The translations under genes were made by a program, and so were the position numbers. A model generated the notes under the pieces. It worked only from the letters and a program-made list of their open reading frames with translations, did no database searches and had not been told where the DNA came from. Below, in pieces: positions 60,093 through 64,000 of a DNA stretch of 64,000 bases (its first letter is position 1; each line of letters begins with the position of its first letter). The DNA is taken from positions 12,423,728-12,487,727 of the forward strand of contig CAVNZM010000005.1 in NCBI GenBank assembly GCA_963693365.1, given 5' to 3'. The stretch comes from Amoebidium appalachense (Eukaryota; Protista; Ichthyosporea).

Positions 60093-60610
60093 CTACTCGT
60101 TACCAGCCACCACCATATCCTTCAACCTCTTGCACACAGACTTATGTTTCGACCAATGTGCCAACTGACATTCTTTTTCACAGTACCACACCGTATGACA
60201 CCCCGAACACCTCTTGAATGCATCCCCACCACACTCCCCCTCCACCACAACGCAGTACTCACCACACACCTCACTCCCACACTTCCTCACAAGGGCTCCT
60301 ACTTCACTTTCCATATCAACTTTTACATTTGGGTCCACCGCTGTGTGTAAAGACCCCCCCTCAGACCCCATCATCTTTTCTATTGCAAATTTGCACGATT
60401 CCACTTTTCCTGACATGACCAACTCATCCCATAGGTGCAGGGGGGAGGGCAGTGCACCCTCTCCGTGTGCACGTGCGTGTGTTTCTGCAAATGTGTGTGC
60501 ACACGCACACGAGGAGGCACCTGATTGGGAGGCAGATACGAAGCAATTCATGCACATGAGTCGTGGAACCATGGTATGTGTCGGGCCCGTGGGTGTCTGT
60601 CCTGGCATGC

Positions 60611-60660
<50 letters not shown>

Positions 60661-60783
60661 GGGGGGGAGAGGGGAGGGGGAGGGGGGCGGGGGGCGAGGA
60701 GTGTGTGGGTGTGTGAGAGGGGGGGGGGGGGGATGTGTGTGTGTGGGGAGGGGCTCTGTGCTGGTGTATGCTTGTGTGTGTGT

Positions 60784-60825
<42 letters not shown>

Positions 60826-61127
60826 TAGGTGTGGGGGGGTGGTTATGTGTGTGTGACTATGTGTCTGTATACGTTCATGAAAGAGGAAATAGAAGAGGTA
60901 AAAAAAGGGAGTGAGGGGGGTGGGGTGGGGGGAGGGGGTGGGGTATTAGATTAGTGGGTGTTTATTTCTGCATATGGGCAGCTGTGCCGGTTACGTGTCG
61001 GGCTGGTGTGTGCATGGGCGATCGTGATTGTGTGAATGTCGGGGGAAAGGGGGCCTTGGGGGGGGGAGGGAGGGGAAGAAGGGGGAAGGGGGGGGAGGGA
61101 GGGGGGGGAAGGAGGGGAGGAGGAGGG

Positions 61128-61158
<31 letters not shown>

Positions 61159-61365
61159 AGGGGGTGCAGCATATACTGATGGCTGTGTGGAGGTGCAGCC
61201 TGAGGGTCATGAAAGATGGACAAGGCACAAAAACACCAGGCACGGGAAAAGGAAAAGGGAAAAGAGCAGAAGCAGCCCGTGGACACAACATATGAACACG
61301 GGAATTTCACATGACTCCACACGCAAAAAAATGAAGTGATGGTGCTTGTGTGTGTGTGTGTGTGG

Positions 61366-61396
<31 letters not shown>

Positions 61397-61657
61397 AAGG
61401 GGGGTTAGATGAAACGATGTTATGGACAATATCAGGTAAGTAGATAAATTTACAGGAGCGAGCAGAAAGCGTCCTAACAGTGGAGGATGGATTTGACGGG
61501 AAGAAAAAAGAGGAAGGGAGAGATAGAGAGGAAGGGGAGAGAAACAAGAGGGAGGGAGAGAGAGAAACGGGGAGAGGGGGGGGGGGGGGGGGGGGGGATT
61601 GGGAAGGAGAGAGAGAGTCAAAGAGGGGTGAAGGGAGAGGGAGGGGGGGGGGGAGGG

Positions 61658-61702
<45 letters not shown>

Positions 61703-62802
61703 AGGGAGGGAGAGAGAGAGAGAGAGGAAGGGAGGGAGAGATGGAGGGGGAGGGGAGGGAGAGAGGGAGGGGGAGGGGAGGGGAGGGAAGGAAGGAGAGA
61801 TTGTGTGGAGGGGGGGGAGGGGAGTGAGGGGGTTATGGGGGGGGGGGGCTGGGGGGGGGAAGGAGGGAAAGGGAAGGGGGCCGGGGGAAGGACAGCGAGA
61901 GGGAAAGAAGGAGAAGAGAATCGATGAGGAAGAGAGGGGCGGGGGACGGGAGGTGGGGGGGAGAGAGGAGAAGGTCAGTACAAAAGAGTGAGAGAGCCGA
62001 ATCTACCAGTTTACACTTGAGCCGGAGAAAGCATGGATCGGCTTTTATGTGTGCACCCGTGTGTGACTGCAACCTGTGCCTGCCAGAGTGTATGCGAGCA
62101 ACTGGACACGCAGGGTTCCCTCAAACCCCTTCCCCACCCCTCCTGCCCCCTCTTCTCTTCGTCATCGTCTTCCCTCCCTCTCCGCTCGCCCCCCCCCCCC
62201 CCCCCCCCCGCGTCCCCTCCCCCTCGTTCCCCATTTCTCCACTCTTTCACCCACCTGCACCAGCAGGACATAGGTCGTGCCGTCCAGCCTTGGTGGCCCA
62301 TTACAACGCACACACAGTAACATGGCGGTCGGACGGCAGCCCGGGACCACCATTTCAGCTCCCTGAATCATTTTCCGCAGCTCGGCCCCACTAGTCATTT
62401 GACACATCTCTGCTGCAAGGGCAACAAAAGGAAATGTGTGGGCGTCTCCCGAACTCTCTCTAGTCTTCTCAATGATAAACAGGCCAAGCCGGTCTTTGCT
62501 TTCTAGATTGCTTTCCATTGGTGATGTAACGGGTGCTGGTGTGTCGTCATCTTGGACGGGAAGAGCCACATGTGTTGTTGTAACTTTGGCATGTAGCGCC
62601 AGGACATGTCTAGGGGCTCGTTTGTGCTGTAGTTGGAGTAGGTGGTCATGGTGGATGTTGGGGTGGGTTGACTGAGCAACTAAAAAACATGGGCTCCTGC
62701 TAGATAAGGCGTGCTCTCGGATATAAACAGGTGCGTTAGGCTCAGAACACACTGGTTTAGTGAGTTGTAGCTGCGTTCTGTGCACTCCCCTTTACCTGGC
62801 AT
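60093..62802 (-). CDS. MYND-type zinc-finger protein
   Basis: The terminal exon 60611-60093 ends CGEYC...KRCSGCHTVWYCEKECQLAHWSKHKSVC (zf-MYND). Proposed upstream exons, all phase-consistent: 62802-62796, 62751-62255, 62066-62007, 61473-61454, 61199-61177, 61002-60995. The middle exons are tentative. Confidence 0.7.
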
Positions 62803-63084
62803 GCATATATACACTGTTCCAACATTAAAAAAAAAAAAAAAAAAAGCGTCCCACTTGTGAATGGGTCTTATTCTGAGGTCCGGGTCATTTCCGGGTCAGA
62901 GGCCACAGAGGCCCAACTCCTCTATCATTACTTTAAAAAAACGATGGGGATTATAATTGGCTGATCACGCACCATACGACTATCCAAATGATATGGAGGT
63001 AATTTGTTACGCCTGATCGCACCGATCCAACTTAATCGGCGTAATCAAATTTCTGGCGCCTCATGGTTAATCCTGATGTGGTCG

Positions 63085-63878
63085 GGGCGGCGCTATCAAG
63101 CGATCTGGGCGGTCTGTATCGGTCGGCGCGGTTTGTATCGGTCGGTGCGATCTGTGGCGATCTGTATCGGTCGGTGCGGTCTGTGGCGGCGCTATCGGTC
63201 GGTGCGGTTTGTATCGGTCGGTGCGGTCTGTATCGGTCTGTTTCGGTCGGTGCGGTCTGTATCGGTCGGTGCGGTCTGTGGCGGCGCTATCGGTCGGTGC
63301 GGTCTGTATCTGTCGGGGCGGTCTGTATCGGTCGGTGCGGTCTGTGGCGGCGCTATCGGTCGGTGCGTCGGTTGCGGCGCTATCGGTCGGTGCGGTCGGT
63401 GGCGCTATCGGGTTATCGGGTTGTCGGGTTATCGGGTTATCGGGTTATCGGGTTGTCGGGTTTTCGGGTTGTCGGGTTGTCGGGTTATCGGGTTGTCGGT
63501 TGTATCGGTTGGGGTTTTAGGGTTTATCGGTTGTATCAGGGTTCCAGGGGGGTTTTGGTTTCATCGGTTGTGTCTAGGGTTCATCGGTTGTGTCGGGTTC
63601 CAGGGTTTAGGGTTTATCGGTTGTGTCGGGTTCCAGGGTTTAGGGTTCATCGGTTGTGTCGGGTTCCAGGGTTTAGGGTTCATCGGTTGTGTCGGGTTCC
63701 AGGGTTTAGGGTTCATCGGTTGTGTCGGTTGTATCGGGTGGCTGGGTTTAGGGTTTATCGGTTGTGTCGGGTTCCAGGGTTTAGGGTTCATCGGTTGTGT
63801 CGGGTGGCAGGGTTTAGGGTTTATCGGTTGTGTCGGGTTCCAGGGTTTAGGGTTCATCGGTTGTGTCGGGTGGCAGTT
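63085..63878 (+). repeat. Graded G/T-rich tandem repeats, telomere/subtelomere-like
   Basis: 19/28-bp ATCGGTCGGTGCGGTCTGT(GGCGGCGCT) units, then 8-bp (RTCGGGTT)n, then 33-bp GGTTGTGTCGGGTTCCAGGGTTTAGGGTTYATC units containing TTTAGGG. Confidence 0.85.
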
Positions 63879-63886
63879 CGACCTGG

Positions 63887-64000
63887 AAAACCCCCTAATC
63901 CCAAATGGTATAGTCGGTAAAACTACTATAAAAGGCAAAAACCCCCCTAATCCCAAAATCTTATAGTCGGTAAAACTACTATAAAAGGCAAAACCCCCTA
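63887..64000 (+). repeat. ~50-bp tandem repeat running off the window end
   Basis: AAAACCCCCTAATCCCAAA...TATAGTCGGTAAAACTACTATAAAAGGC, just over two copies visible. Confidence 0.8.

Noticed and set aside
63004-63966. 320-aa and 285-aa ORFs
   Set aside because: Translations of tandem repeats, open in several frames, with no domain signature.

Overview
Intron-rich eukaryotic DNA, probably a unicellular opisthokont or holozoan. That is an inference from the AGAP/centaurin-gamma gene, a yeast-like QPRT and YTRAC branch points. Introns and intergenic DNA are full of poly-G/poly-C, (CA)n/(TG)n and (GA)n tracts, so most ORF-track entries are spurious. I rebuilt the genes by hand from GT-AG junctions: (-) AADAT/Aro8-type aminotransferase (runs off the window start); (+) intronless PP2A B56 subunit; (-) SNAPC3; (+) AGAP (GTPase, split PH, ArfGAP, ankyrin); (+) QPRT with a 1-nt frameshift in exon 1; (+) secreted protein of six SapA-like 6-Cys repeats with no SapB domain; (-) MYND zinc-finger protein; and a candidate orphan 6-Cys peptide exon. 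Non-coding features include a CRISPR-like array of 27 near-identical 31-bp units separated by poly-G in an AGAP intron, several MITE or foldback elements (Kolobok-like, PIF/Tourist-like, hAT-like), a perfect 54-bp palindrome, a 35-bp hairpin with a 6-bp flanking duplication, and a graded telomere-like repeat region at the right end. All family calls come from recognising motifs; no database searches were run.
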